A stretch of 64,000 nt of DNA, taken from an uncultured Chryseobacterium sp. (GTDB taxonomy: Bacteria; Bacteroidota; Bacteroidia; UBA10329). This document shows positions 1 through 9,432 of the stretch, one piece after another (position 1 is the stretch's first letter; each line of letters begins with the position of its first letter). The DNA lies in contig CAZATP010000013.1 in NCBI GenBank assembly GCA_964488095.1, forward strand, positions 3,576 to 67,575, in the 5' to 3' direction. The notes under the pieces are model-generated. The model was given only the letters and a program-made list of their open reading frames with translations, ran no database searches and had not been told where the DNA came from. The translations under genes and the position numbers were made by a program.

Positions 1-264
1 GTCCATCTGCCCGAAATCGGAACCGGGGCCGATGGTCGGAGTGCTTTTCCCACGTCCACGCAGGTCGGGCACGAAAACGTCATAACCCTGATCGGCCAGA
101 AAGGGTGCGAATCCTTTGCCGCTCTCCGAGTAGAAGATCCTTCCGTTCTCAATGGATCCGTGGATCAACAGCACTGCCGGACCGCTTTTCTCCTTGAACC
201 AACGCTTCACGTGCAGTCGGTCCGATGGGTTGAGTTGCAGGAAAATGCTTTCGCTCTGTGCCAT
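1..264 (-). CDS. alpha/beta-fold hydrolase, N-terminal 88 aa only (gene continues beyond window start)
   Basis: Reverse-strand translation from the ATG at 262-264 gives MAQSESIFLQLNPSDRLHVKRWFKEKSGPAVLLIHGSIENGRIFYSESGKGFAPFLADQGYDVFVPDLRGRGKST... The HG oxyanion-hole context is typical of alpha/beta hydrolases. The frame stays open to position 1. Confidence 0.55.
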   Translation of the reverse strand, partial: MAQSESIFLQLNPSDRLHVKRWFKEKSGPAVLLIHGSIENGRIFYSESGKGFAPFLADQGYDVFVPDLRGRGKSTPTIGPGSDFGQMD

Positions 265-285
265 GGCGCGAAATTAGCCCTCGGT

Positions 286-843
286 TCAGTCTTCCACTTC
301 GATGGAATGGCCGTGAACGCGTCTCAGCAGGTCGAGCTGGCGGCTGAATGACCGGTAGAAGTCCTCCTTGTTCAGCCGCAGTCGCTGGAACCTGTCCGGG
401 CTCTCCGAAGCTATGATCTCGAAGCCGAGGTTCTTGTTGTAGTAGAGGGCTATCGTATTGTCATTCATCACCTTGGCCTCAACGGATTGAAGTGGTGTCT
501 GGTTGAAGAAATACTCGAGTATCAGCACGGAGGCACAGACTGGCAGAGGCGTTCCCTGATAGTCCTTTGTCCGGATGAACAGGCCCGACTGGCCGTTTCT
601 TTCCGTCCAATCAATGGCGGAGAAATGGATGAGGCCATGAAATTCACCCTCTGTGCGGATGAGGAAGTAAAAGTCGCATTTCGCATCCAGCGATCTGAAC
701 CACCGCTCCTGAGCCTCTTGGGAGATGTGCTCCCTATAATCCATAAAACGGTTGATGCTCTCGTCATTGCGCCACTGGCGCAGCATCTCGATATGATGGG
801 CCTCCAGTCTCACCAACTCTATGCCGTATCCCCTGATGGTCAT
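286..843 (-). CDS. GNAT family N-acetyltransferase
   Basis: 185-aa ORF with acetyltransferase-like core (…NDNTIALYYNKNLGFEI…). Its start overlaps the stop of the upstream GT2 gene (ATGA), implying co-transcription. Confidence 0.6.
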   Translation of the reverse strand: MTIRGYGIELVRLEAHHIEMLRQWRNDESINRFMDYREHISQEAQERWFRSLDAKCDFYFLIRTEGEFHGLIHFSAIDWTERNGQSGLFIRTKDYQGTPLPVCASVLILEYFFNQTPLQSVEAKVMNDNTIALYYNKNLGFEIIASESPDRFQRLRLNKEDFYRSFSRQLDLLRRVHGHSIEVED

Positions 844-1763
844 TCCCTGATCTCGCCTATCAGATATTGTGGCCGGTTCCAGTCTTTCACATACATGCGG
901 CTCACATATTCACCGATGATGCCAAGGCAGAAGAGAATGAGACTGGTACTGAAGAAGATGGCCACAATGATGGAGGTGTAGCCCAACGCCACATCGGCAT
1001 AGAGTTTCTCATAAATGAAATAGAGACCTATGCACATGGTGATGAACGAGAACAGCAGTCCGGCATAGGTCATCATGCGGAGTGGTAGCACCGTGTAGTT
1101 CACCACATAGTTGAGCGTCATGATCACCAGCCTGAAACTGCTGTAGCCCGACCTTCCATCGCTCCGTTCGCCATGTTTCACATTGACCTGTGCCACCGAG
1201 CTGGCATGCCAGCTCAGCACTTCGTCCAGCAGCATGTGGCGGTGATAGTTCTGCATCAGGCCTTTGCATACAGAACCTTTGACGAGACGGAACGATGAGC
1301 CGTTGCCTGATGTGCTTCCGATGATGCCGAACCCCCAGTTGAATAGGCGGCTGCCCATGTTGCGCACAGCCGAGTGATGCTTCTTCGGGAAGATGCCATA
1401 GACCATGTCGGCCCCGGTCTCCGACTGGCGGGAGATGAGAGCGGGTATCTCCTCTGGCAGATGCTGCAGGTCATCATCCATGGTGATGATCCAGTCGCCC
1501 TGCGCATGATGAATGCCGCACAGCGTGGCCGATTGTTGTCCGCTGTTCCGTGCCAGACGTATGCCTTTCACCTTTCCTTTAAAGCGGTCGAGCAGCGGCA
1601 GAATGACCGGCCATGTGGCATTCGGTCCCGCGTCATCCACCAGAATCACCTGAGCTGTCCGGCCGTCACGTTCCAACACATTGAAAATGCGCCCGACCAG
1701 TTCAGTGAGCGCATCCTTGCCCCCGAAAACAGGTATCACCACCGAATAGTCGTAGATTCTCAC
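840..1763 (-). CDS. family-2 glycosyltransferase with two C-terminal TM helices (polyprenyl-phosphate sugar transferase, ArnC/GtrB/DPM1-like)
   Basis: N-terminus YSVVIPVFGGKDAL…VILVDDAGPNAT…DDDLQH is the GT-A/GT2 signature. The C-terminus carries hydrophobic helices typical of bactoprenol-P glycosyltransferases. Confidence 0.7.
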   Translation of the reverse strand: MRIYDYSVVIPVFGGKDALTELVGRIFNVLERDGRTAQVILVDDAGPNATWPVILPLLDRFKGKVKGIRLARNSGQQSATLCGIHHAQGDWIITMDDDLQHLPEEIPALISRQSETGADMVYGIFPKKHHSAVRNMGSRLFNWGFGIIGSTSGNGSSFRLVKGSVCKGLMQNYHRHMLLDEVLSWHASSVAQVNVKHGERSDGRSGYSSFRLVIMTLNYVVNYTVLPLRMMTYAGLLFSFITMCIGLYFIYEKLYADVALGYTSIIVAIFFSTSLILFCLGIIGEYVSRMYVKDWNRPQYLIGEIRE

Positions 1764-1806
1764 AGGGGGTGAAAATACAGAAGTTGCAGTGGCCGTAAGA
1801 ATGCCC

Positions 1807-2874
1807 TCAGTCCTCGTATTCGGCCCAGATCACGGACTTCATGGCGGGCAGGTCGGCTATCATGGTGGCCCATGAAAGTCCGACACCGAAACCTGACAGC
1901 AACATACGTTTGGGCGCTTGGCACAGCTCATCCCTTAGGCAATGGGCCAAGGTGACGGGAATGGAGGCGGTGCCCGAGTTACCGAGGTCCTTCAGGCTGG
2001 TTGCCGTCTGCGATTCGGTGAGTCCGGACCGCTTGCGCACCATTTCGTTGATGACGCGGTTGGCCTGATGGAACACGGCATGGTCAACAGAGTCGAGACT
2101 GAACCCGATGGAAGCCGCGAGTCTGGACACCTGCTGCGGCCAGCTCTGGGCCGCCTGCTGATAGACGTCAATGCCGTTGAGGATCAGATCGATCGGTCTG
2201 CGTACGATTCCTGCTCCATGGTCGGTGGCCTGTAGGCTCTGTTCGTTGAACGGGTTTCGATACCCACCCTCTGGGATCCAGATGGATTCTTTGGCCGCGC
2301 CATTGGTGCTGAGTGCAAAGTGCATCGGGCTGCGCTGAGCCAGGTCCTTCACTATGGCGGTGGCAGACCCCGCATCTGAAAAGAGGGGAACGGTGCTTCG
2401 GTCGTTGGGTGAGATGCAAGAAGTGGAAACATCGCCTGCCAGCAGCAGGGCCTTCGAACCATCGGGCAGTCCTTGCAGCAGAGATGCCAGCGTCCACAGG
2501 CCATAGATGTAGCCCGAACAGCCCAGGTTCACATCAAAGGCAGCACAGTCCGTGGAACATCCGAGTCTGTTCTGGATAATGGCCGCAGTGGAAGGGGTGA
2601 TGTGATCGGGGGTCTGGGTCACCAGCACAATGATGCGCAGGTCGGATGGATGCCACCCGAGTTGATCCATAAGCTGCTCTGCGGCATGCACGCAGAGGTC
2701 GGATGTGCAAGTGCCCTTTGCGGCCACACGCCTGCTCTCGATGCCCGTTGAACGGATGAACAGATCACGTTCTTTGAGCGGAATGAGTTCACAGTCAAGA
2801 TTGTGGGCCGTCCGTTTCGGAACGGATGATGCTATGCCATCGATCCGGATGTGTTGCAGCTCCGCATGATTCAT
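1807..2874 (-). CDS. 3-oxoacyl-ACP synthase III (FabH/KAS III family)
   Basis: 355 aa. Active-site cysteine context NLGCSGYIYGL, an HxxN motif…FHQAN, and GNSGTASIP are KAS III hallmarks. Its start overlaps the stop of the upstream ACP-like ORF. Confidence 0.75.
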   Translation of the reverse strand: MNHAELQHIRIDGIASSVPKRTAHNLDCELIPLKERDLFIRSTGIESRRVAAKGTCTSDLCVHAAEQLMDQLGWHPSDLRIIVLVTQTPDHITPSTAAIIQNRLGCSTDCAAFDVNLGCSGYIYGLWTLASLLQGLPDGSKALLLAGDVSTSCISPNDRSTVPLFSDAGSATAIVKDLAQRSPMHFALSTNGAAKESIWIPEGGYRNPFNEQSLQATDHGAGIVRRPIDLILNGIDVYQQAAQSWPQQVSRLAASIGFSLDSVDHAVFHQANRVINEMVRKRSGLTESQTATSLKDLGNSGTASIPVTLAHCLRDELCQAPKRMLLSGFGVGLSWATMIADLPAMKSVIWAEYED

Positions 2875-3107
2875 GCAGGAAGATGCTGCGAAACGTGGTG
2901 ATGGAGGTCGCCCAATGTTCGGATCCGCGCGAACTCGGATGCAGAGATTTGAACGCCATAGAGGTCATCCACACGGGCAATAATGAGCAGCGCCAGCATG
3001 GAACTCCAGTTCGGGAGATCCCGCAGAACAGTGTCGGCTGCGAAGGGACGTTCGTCCGCTTCACGCAGTTCCGGTTCGATGGCGAGGATGAATTCGGTAA
3101 CGTTCAT
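2871..3107 (-). CDS. acyl-carrier-protein-like small protein (phosphopantetheine-binding fold)
   Basis: 78-aa ORF starting at the internal ATG (MNVTEFILAIEPELREADER…DLPNWSSM…) inside the longer six-frame ORF 2871-3443. It is acidic and helical, with a Ser in a DL..S context, and sits immediately upstream of KAS III. Size and position fit an ACP. Confidence 0.45.
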   Translation of the reverse strand: MNVTEFILAIEPELREADERPFAADTVLRDLPNWSSMLALLIIARVDDLYGVQISASEFARIRTLGDLHHHVSQHLPA

Positions 3108-3212
3108 TGAAGAGGGGGAGGGCGGGCTCGGCCCGTTGGTGCAAACATAATGGAAATCGAGGGTCCATGGTGTGTGCTTCCATGGCGTGGAGCACGGTTC
3201 TACCTTTGACCT

Positions 3213-4121
3213 ATGTCCGTGCCACTCACTTTTGCCCACATCATCAATCCCTTTTGGGTGACAGAGAGCAGTGATGCCTGGCGCGTTCAGCAGATTACGC
3301 TGCGTTCCCTTGCCGATGCCGTTGGTTTTACGCGCAAGGCGGAAGTACGTCTGCTGACGGCCCAGTTCGAGGAGGACAGGGCCATCGTCCCGGAAGGGTT
3401 CACTGCCACTGAGAACCTGAAAAGGTCCGTGGCCGACCTGCAATCGTTCTCAAGGCCGAGGAAATTCCCTCTCATTGCGGATGTGCTCCAACGGGCTGAG
3501 CAGGAGTGTGATGCGGAGTTCGTCATCTATACGAACATGGACATCATTGTGCAGCCCTATTTCTACGATGCCGTTGCCACATTGCTGAAGGATGGAGCGG
3601 ATGCACTCATCATCAACCGCAGAAGGATCCGGGACAGCGGCCAAGTGGCCACCGACCTTCCTTTGATTCTGGCGGATGTGGGATGGTCGCATCCCGGATT
3701 TGACTGTTTTGTGTTGCATCGTTCGCTCATTCCCAAACTCCGATTGGACGGCCTTTGCATCGGTGTCCCGTTCGTGGAGGCCGGACTGATGTACAACCTG
3801 ATGGCCCATTCCGAGGACTGCCGAATTCTGGAACACCTTCATCTCACCACGCATCTCGGATTGGAAGTGATGCCAGAGCGCGACAGGGAATACCATCGTT
3901 ACAATCAGCAGTGCTTCAACGCTATCATGCCCGGGTTGAAGCCGCTGCTCGTGGGGAAGCATCTGCCCTATGGCCAGCTTGGTCTCTTGGAGCGGACGTT
4001 GAAGCGCGGGCTCAATCCAGCGGTGTTCACAGGGCTGCATCTGGAACTGGAGGGTAGAACCTTTCTGCAACGTTGGCGCACACGGTGGAATGAGTTCCGA
4101 TTCAGGCTGCTGCACCGCTGA
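3213..4121 (+). CDS. hypothetical protein (possible nucleotide-sugar transferase-like fold)
   Basis: 302-aa ORF divergent from the ACP/KAS genes. No motif I can name with confidence. G+C matches its neighbours. Confidence 0.45.
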   Translation: MSVPLTFAHIINPFWVTESSDAWRVQQITLRSLADAVGFTRKAEVRLLTAQFEEDRAIVPEGFTATENLKRSVADLQSFSRPRKFPLIADVLQRAEQECDAEFVIYTNMDIIVQPYFYDAVATLLKDGADALIINRRRIRDSGQVATDLPLILADVGWSHPGFDCFVLHRSLIPKLRLDGLCIGVPFVEAGLMYNLMAHSEDCRILEHLHLTTHLGLEVMPERDREYHRYNQQCFNAIMPGLKPLLVGKHLPYGQLGLLERTLKRGLNPAVFTGLHLELEGRTFLQRWRTRWNEFRFRLLHR

Positions 4122-4167
4122 GGCGCAGTGCCCCGTCTATCTTTGCCCGGTGGACCATCAGCATTTC

Positions 4168-5190
4168 ATGCAGCGGAGCATCGACCTCGCCCAGTTGGGG
4201 CTGGGCAGCGTGGCTCCCAATCCCATGGTCGGTTGCGTGATCGTGCTCGAGGGGAAAATCATTGGAGAGGGCTATCACCGTGTTTTCGGAGGCCCGCATG
4301 CGGAGGTGGAAGCGGTCGCTTCTGTAGAGGACAAGTCCCTACTGCGCTCGTCCGTGATGTATGTGAGCCTCGAGCCCTGTGCCCATTTCGGCAAGACTCC
4401 TCCTTGTGCCAACCTCATTGTGGAAATGGGCATTCCGGAGGTGCACATCGCCACGCTCGACCCATTCGCCAAAGTGTCGGGCAGGGGTGTGGCGCTGCTC
4501 AGGGAAGCGGGCGTCAACGTTCACGTTGGACTTCTGGAACATGCAGCCCGCGCGTTGAACAGGCGTTTCCTCACGTTCCATGAACGGAAAAGACCCTACG
4601 TCATCCTGAAATGGGCTGAGACTGCAGATGGCTTCGTGGACAGCCTGCGAACGGCCACTGAGCTGCCCGCATCCATCACCGGAAAGGCGGCCAACGTGCT
4701 TTCACACACATGGCGGGCGCAGGAGGCGGCTGTGATGGTGGGCACCGGCACTGCTTTGCTCGATGACCCCTCGCTCACCGTGAGGAATGCCGCAGGTCGC
4801 AACCCGCTGCGCATCGTGCTGGACCGGGAAGGCAGACTTTCCCCGAACGCCAAACTGCTCGATCAGCAGGCTGAAACCCTCATTCTGAATGAGAAGCAAG
4901 ACCTTACTGTTGGCCTGAACCGTTGGGTCAGGCTCCGTTCCCTTGATGATCTGAACGAGGTGACGACCACGCTGTGGAGGTGCGATGTCCAGTCCGTTCT
5001 GGTGGAAGGCGGCCCTTCGTTGCATGGGCGGTTCGTGGAGGCAGGTCTGTGGGATGAGGCCCGCAGATATGTGAGCACGGACCGTTTGAAGGCGGGCATC
5101 TCAGCAGTGCGGTTTCCGTTCAATCCAGATGAGATAAGGCAGGTGGGAGACGACCGGCTCTATATCTATTCCAATCGCTGGACCGCATGA
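4168..5190 (+). CDS. ribD: bifunctional riboflavin biosynthesis protein RibD (pyrimidine deaminase / reductase)
   Basis: Internal start MQRSIDLAQLGLGSVAPNPMVGCVIV…HAEVEA…SLEPCAHFGKTPPC is the CMP/dCMP-type zinc deaminase motif set (HAE…PCxxC). The C-terminal half is RibD reductase-like (VLVEGGPSL). Confidence 0.8.
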   Translation: MQRSIDLAQLGLGSVAPNPMVGCVIVLEGKIIGEGYHRVFGGPHAEVEAVASVEDKSLLRSSVMYVSLEPCAHFGKTPPCANLIVEMGIPEVHIATLDPFAKVSGRGVALLREAGVNVHVGLLEHAARALNRRFLTFHERKRPYVILKWAETADGFVDSLRTATELPASITGKAANVLSHTWRAQEAAVMVGTGTALLDDPSLTVRNAAGRNPLRIVLDREGRLSPNAKLLDQQAETLILNEKQDLTVGLNRWVRLRSLDDLNEVTTTLWRCDVQSVLVEGGPSLHGRFVEAGLWDEARRYVSTDRLKAGISAVRFPFNPDEIRQVGDDRLYIYSNRWTA

Positions 5191-6047
5191 TCGACCTCGC
5201 CCTTTGCATTGCGTCCACCACGCTGCTGTTCGTTATTTTCAAGTATTTCAGCCACTTCAAGGTTGAGAACCTGCAGGCCATCATTGTGAATTATGTGGTG
5301 GCCGGTTCGCTGGGCCTTCTGCTCTCTGACCACAGCGGCAGTCTTGCGACCGTGACCGGACGGCCGTGGTTCATCGGGGCTATGCTTCTGGGCATTTGTT
5401 TTATCGTCACGTTCAGTCTCATTGCGATGTCCGCGCAGCGGGTCGGGGTGGGCATCACTTCGGTGGCCAACAAGATGTCGCTGGTCATCCCGGTGCTCTC
5501 GGGCGTGTTCTTTCTGGGTGAGAGCCTGGGCGGGGTGAAGATGGCCGGTGTGGCGGTGGCCGTTGTTTCGGTGGTGCTCACCATCTGGCCGCAGAAGGAA
5601 CCTACGTTTGATACGAAAGACCTGTATCTGCCCGTGCTCATCTTCTTCGGCAGCGGGAGCATCGATGCTGTGCTCAACTACATGCGCGAAAGCAGGGTAG
5701 GAGAGGAGGACTTTGCAGTGTTCACCGCGCTGCTCTTCTTCGCGAGCGCGGTCACCGGGCTACTGGTGTTCTTCTACCGAAGGTTGAGCACCGCACTGGA
5801 ATTCAACCGCACTTCCGTAATTGCTGGGGTGGCCTTGGGCATACCCAACTATTTCTCCATCTATTTCCTGCTGAAGGCGTTGGACCATCCCACGTTGGAG
5901 AGCACCGTAGTGTTCCCAGTGGTCAACACGGGCATCGTCTTGCTGAGCACGTTGGTGGCGTTCTTCCTATTTCAGGAGCGGCCTTCGCGCATCAATATGG
6001 CCGGGATAGCGTTGGCCGTGCTTGCCATCGTTATGCTATCGGTCTGA
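5187..6047 (+). CDS. DMT/EamA family transporter
   Basis: 286 aa with about ten hydrophobic helices in two internally repeated halves. Start overlaps the ribD stop. Confidence 0.65.
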   Translation: MIDLALCIASTTLLFVIFKYFSHFKVENLQAIIVNYVVAGSLGLLLSDHSGSLATVTGRPWFIGAMLLGICFIVTFSLIAMSAQRVGVGITSVANKMSLVIPVLSGVFFLGESLGGVKMAGVAVAVVSVVLTIWPQKEPTFDTKDLYLPVLIFFGSGSIDAVLNYMRESRVGEEDFAVFTALLFFASAVTGLLVFFYRRLSTALEFNRTSVIAGVALGIPNYFSIYFLLKALDHPTLESTVVFPVVNTGIVLLSTLVAFFLFQERPSRINMAGIALAVLAIVMLSV

Positions 6048-6099
6048 GATGCAGCTTTACAGGCCGAGATGGTCTCATGACCGAGAGCAACATCCGAAA

Positions 6100-7305
6100 T
6101 CAGTAGGCGGAGGTGCGCTGAATGGAAAGTTTGCCGAACGTGACCTGCCCCTTGGCATCCACGAACTGAAGCATGTACATGCCACTGCTGAGGCCTACGC
6201 CATCCACACTTACCGTGCTTGATGCGATGCCTGACCATTCACTGACCATACGGCCACTGGCATCGAACATGCGCAACCGATGGCTTTCGCTGCCCCACGA
6301 TGGCAAGGCTATGGTGGCAGCATCGGTAGTGGGATTCGGATAGATGACCAACCCGTTCTCGGTCGTTGAATTATTCGGCAGATGCTTGGCATGATAGACC
6401 ACCCCGTTGATCCACGGGGCATTTTTGTCGAAGGGGACTTTTGCCAGTGTCTGGCCGGTGGTCAGGTCAAGCACCACGTGATAATTGCTGCCATCGTGTC
6501 CCATTCCCTTGAAGAGATAGCGGCCAGGCTCTGAAGGTGTTGTCCCACCTTGAATGCCATGGAATTCGGGCAGATGCACGATAAAGTCGGTGGTAGCGGA
6601 CATCGGGTCGACATGGACAAGTTGCGCTGCCGATGCTACCGTGTCGAAGAACATCATGCTATAAATGTCGCTGTCAGCGTCATATTCCGGTGCGCTCATG
6701 CGTGAGCTGATGGGGGCGGTGCTCACTGTAGCGCCAGTCTCCACATCGATCACATAGAAAAAGTGATCCATATTCCGGTTGCTGGCGCGAAGCACATACT
6801 GACCGTTGCGCACCAGCGGGGTGGCAGAATTCACCCACATCACACCGGGAATACTGTCGATAAGGGTAATCTCGGCCGTGAAGGGGTCGAACGATACGAA
6901 GTACTCGGTGGAGTCAGCAGTGTCCCACCATACCCCGAAATAGCGGTCGCCATCAGCATCATAGGCCATGCAGTTGATCTGATGGAGCTTGGGCGTCCGG
7001 CTCAGTAGCTCACCGGTCTGCGCATCCAGAACGAAGTAGTGGTCTACGCGCGTTGAGTCGCTCCCCGTGAAGATGTAGTAGCTCTTTTCCGTGTTCAGGA
7101 AAGATAGCCCACCGATGGTTCGCACATGAGGTATATGGCTGATGGGGGCCACGGAACCTGTGTAGGGGTCGAAGCGCACCAGGAATTCCTGCTCGGTCTG
7201 AGGTGCCCATTGCAGCCCGATATACGCGCCCTGCTGCGCCAAGGCCAAATGCGAGCAAGCGAACAGCATAACAGACACACTGGCATTCAGAAGTGCGTAT
7301 CTCAT
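6100..7305 (-). CDS. secreted hypothetical protein with T9SS C-terminal sorting domain
   Basis: Signal peptide MRYALLNASVSVMLFACSHLALAQQ at the internal start. C-terminus …GMYMLQFVDAKGQVTFGKLSIQ matches the Por/T9SS CTD pattern. Confidence 0.6.
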   Translation of the reverse strand: MRYALLNASVSVMLFACSHLALAQQGAYIGLQWAPQTEQEFLVRFDPYTGSVAPISHIPHVRTIGGLSFLNTEKSYYIFTGSDSTRVDHYFVLDAQTGELLSRTPKLHQINCMAYDADGDRYFGVWWDTADSTEYFVSFDPFTAEITLIDSIPGVMWVNSATPLVRNGQYVLRASNRNMDHFFYVIDVETGATVSTAPISSRMSAPEYDADSDIYSMMFFDTVASAAQLVHVDPMSATTDFIVHLPEFHGIQGGTTPSEPGRYLFKGMGHDGSNYHVVLDLTTGQTLAKVPFDKNAPWINGVVYHAKHLPNNSTTENGLVIYPNPTTDAATIALPSWGSESHRLRMFDASGRMVSEWSGIASSTVSVDGVGLSSGMYMLQFVDAKGQVTFGKLSIQRTSAY

Positions 7306-7421
7306 AGGGATTGTCTTTGATCCATGGTAAAAGTAGGTCATTTCAATTGTGAATGGACAATGCCTTACATGCCAGAATGCGCCATGTGACTGAACACCCT
7401 ATACTGCGAGTGGTCGACCGC

Positions 7422-8459
7422 CTACTCTTTCGAAAGGTTGGCCAGCTTGGGCCTGATCCTTCCTTTCTGATAGCGCGCATTGTTCTCGCGCTGCTTTTTG
7501 CGATAGGCGCGCTGCTCCTCCTCGCTCATGCTATTCACGGTCACACACTCCGAGCTGCAGCAGCCCTGCATCTTCTCCGCGCACTTGGTGCATTGGATGA
7601 AGAGCAGATTGCAGCCCTTGTTCTTGCAGTTGGTGTGGTCGTCACAGGGTTCGCCACACTGGTGGCAGTAGGCAATGATATCATCGCTGATGCGCTCGCC
7701 CAGCCGCTCATCGAAAACGAAATTCTTGCCCTTGAACCTGTTGTCCAGTCCCTGCTCGCGCACCTGACGGGCATACTCAATTATGCCCCCATTCAATTGG
7801 TGCACCTTGCTGAAACCTTTCGCCTTGAGGTAGGCACTGGCCTTCTCGCAGCGGATGCCGCCTGTGCAGTACATCATCACGGTCCGGTCCTTGGCATCAC
7901 CGAACTCGTTCTCCACCATCGGTAGCAGTTCGCGGAAGGTGTCGGCATCGGGAAGGATGGCCTTCTCGAAGCGTCCCACCTCGGTCTCGTAGTGGTTGCG
8001 CATGTCGATGATGATGGCATCGTCCTGCTCTGCTAGGGCGTTCCAGTCCTTGGCATCGAGGTGAACGCCACCGCCTGTGCCGTCAAACTCGAAATCGGTG
8101 AGGCCATCGGCCACGATCTTCTCGCGCACCTTCACCTTCAGTTTCAGAAAGCTCTTTCCATCATCCTCAATCGCCACGTTGAGACGGCAGCCTTCGAGGA
8201 ACACAATGGTGTTCAACGCATGGCGCAGCAACGAGAGGTTCTGGCTCGGCACGCTGATCTGCCCATTGATGCCCTCGTTGGCCACATAGATGCGGCCCAG
8301 CACGCCCAGCGTGTCCATCATAATGTAGAGATGGTCGCGGAAAACGGCCGGATTGCCGATGCGCGCATACTTGTAGAACGACAGCGTGACGCGCTGCTGG
8401 CCGCTCTCTTCGAGGCGTTTCATCAGCGTGTCGTGGTCGTAGATGTTGTGCAGTCTCAT
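7422..8459 (-). CDS. trhO: rhodanese-domain tRNA U34 hydroxylase TrhO (UPF0176/YceA family)
   Basis: Rhodanese active-site CTGGIRCEK plus a C-terminal Cys-rich extension, as in TrhO. Confidence 0.75.
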   Translation of the reverse strand: MRLHNIYDHDTLMKRLEESGQQRVTLSFYKYARIGNPAVFRDHLYIMMDTLGVLGRIYVANEGINGQISVPSQNLSLLRHALNTIVFLEGCRLNVAIEDDGKSFLKLKVKVREKIVADGLTDFEFDGTGGGVHLDAKDWNALAEQDDAIIIDMRNHYETEVGRFEKAILPDADTFRELLPMVENEFGDAKDRTVMMYCTGGIRCEKASAYLKAKGFSKVHQLNGGIIEYARQVREQGLDNRFKGKNFVFDERLGERISDDIIAYCHQCGEPCDDHTNCKNKGCNLLFIQCTKCAEKMQGCCSSECVTVNSMSEEEQRAYRKKQRENNARYQKGRIRPKLANLSKE

Positions 8460-8647
8460 GGGGCGCGAAGTTACTGTCCAGCAGACCGGGAGGGATGATT
8501 TCGGTCAGTGAAGAGCAGTCAGGTACGCCTCTCTTGACGCAAGTCCAAAGGCAACATGGTCAAATGCGGAGGAAGAATGCCCTGATTGGTGACCCTGAGG
8601 CCTGAGTACGGCTCCGCACCGGAAAGCGAACGGCACTAAGTGTCCGC

Positions 8648-9382
8648 TCAGTCCTTCACGCAACGCACCGACAGACCGCTTCTCCGGTTGCTGATATAGC
8701 GGCCCACTTGTCCGTTTCCGTAGTAAAGGTTGCGGTTGCGGGCGGTGGTGGTGGTGTTCTCATTAGCTGTCCACCAGTATCCGAAGAGCTTGAACGATTG
8801 GAATGTGCCATCGTTGGAACGGAAACCACCTCCCACGGCATTGAAGCCGCTCAGGTTCGTGGCATCGGTGTTCGGGCTGTTCCAGAATGCTGTTCCGCTG
8901 GCCTTCAGATGCCCTCCAGCACTCAGGCTTGAAGGATTGGTGTCTGCACGCGCGGAAGGGTCCAGATAGGCGGTGAGCACATCCCATTCGGCCTCTGTTG
9001 GAACATGCCAGCCCTCTGGACAGACATTGCGGGCATCGCTCACCGCGTGGAAATTGTAGAGCAGTCCGAACGCCTCTGCTCCTTCCGTGTTTCCGGTGTG
9101 AGCACAATAGGCCCCTGTGGAAAGCCCGGTCCAGGCGGTGCTGGCCACCTCGGGAATCGCTTCGCCATTGCGGTAGCTCGTGGTCCTCAGGTTCTCGGCC
9201 ATCCATTCCTGACCATTGCCCAGAACCACAGTGGCGTAGCTGTTGCCATCCGCATCGGTCACGCCATTGCCGGGCGAGGTGGAAATGTTGAGGTCCTGAG
9301 GTCCGTCCTCGCTTTCGCAACTGTTGAAAAGGATGGCGCATGCGCCAATGGCGATCAACTGGGAGATTCTGCTTCTGAACAT
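8648..9382 (-). CDS. FISUMP-domain lipoprotein (Fibrobacter succinogenes major paralogous domain)
   Basis: Lipobox LFNSC after the internal start MFRSR… The domain is …YNFHAVSDARNVCPEGWHVPTEAEW…, then GGGFRSNDGTFQSFKLFGYWWTANE… and RYISNRRSGLSVRCVKD, which is classic FISUMP. Confidence 0.65.
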   Translation of the reverse strand: MFRSRISQLIAIGACAILFNSCESEDGPQDLNISTSPGNGVTDADGNSYATVVLGNGQEWMAENLRTTSYRNGEAIPEVASTAWTGLSTGAYCAHTGNTEGAEAFGLLYNFHAVSDARNVCPEGWHVPTEAEWDVLTAYLDPSARADTNPSSLSAGGHLKASGTAFWNSPNTDATNLSGFNAVGGGFRSNDGTFQSFKLFGYWWTANENTTTTARNRNLYYGNGQVGRYISNRRSGLSVRCVKD

Positions 9383-9432
9383 GGGCCGTTGGGTTGTAGC
9401 GTGGCAAAGAAAGCCAAAACGCATCGCACCTG

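Noticed and set aside
160-351. 63-aa plus-strand ORF at the window start
   Set aside because: Overlaps and is antisense to the partial alpha/beta hydrolase and GNAT genes. No support.
3108-3443. N-terminal 112 codons of the six-frame ORF 2871-3443
   Set aside because: This part overlaps the divergent gene 3213-4121 and has no protein-like pattern. Only the C-terminal 78 codons (ACP-like) are retained, starting at the internal ATG.
1-4121. Calling the KAS III/ACP cassette, and hutH as a tyrosine ammonia-lyase, parts of a flexirubin/aryl-polyene pathway
   Set aside because: The two loci are about 25 kb apart, the lyase has HAL-type Ser-His selectivity residues, and no CoA-ligase, ketoreductase/dehydratase or LolA/MMPL export genes typical of such clusters are present in the window. 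Kept as a testable hypothesis only.
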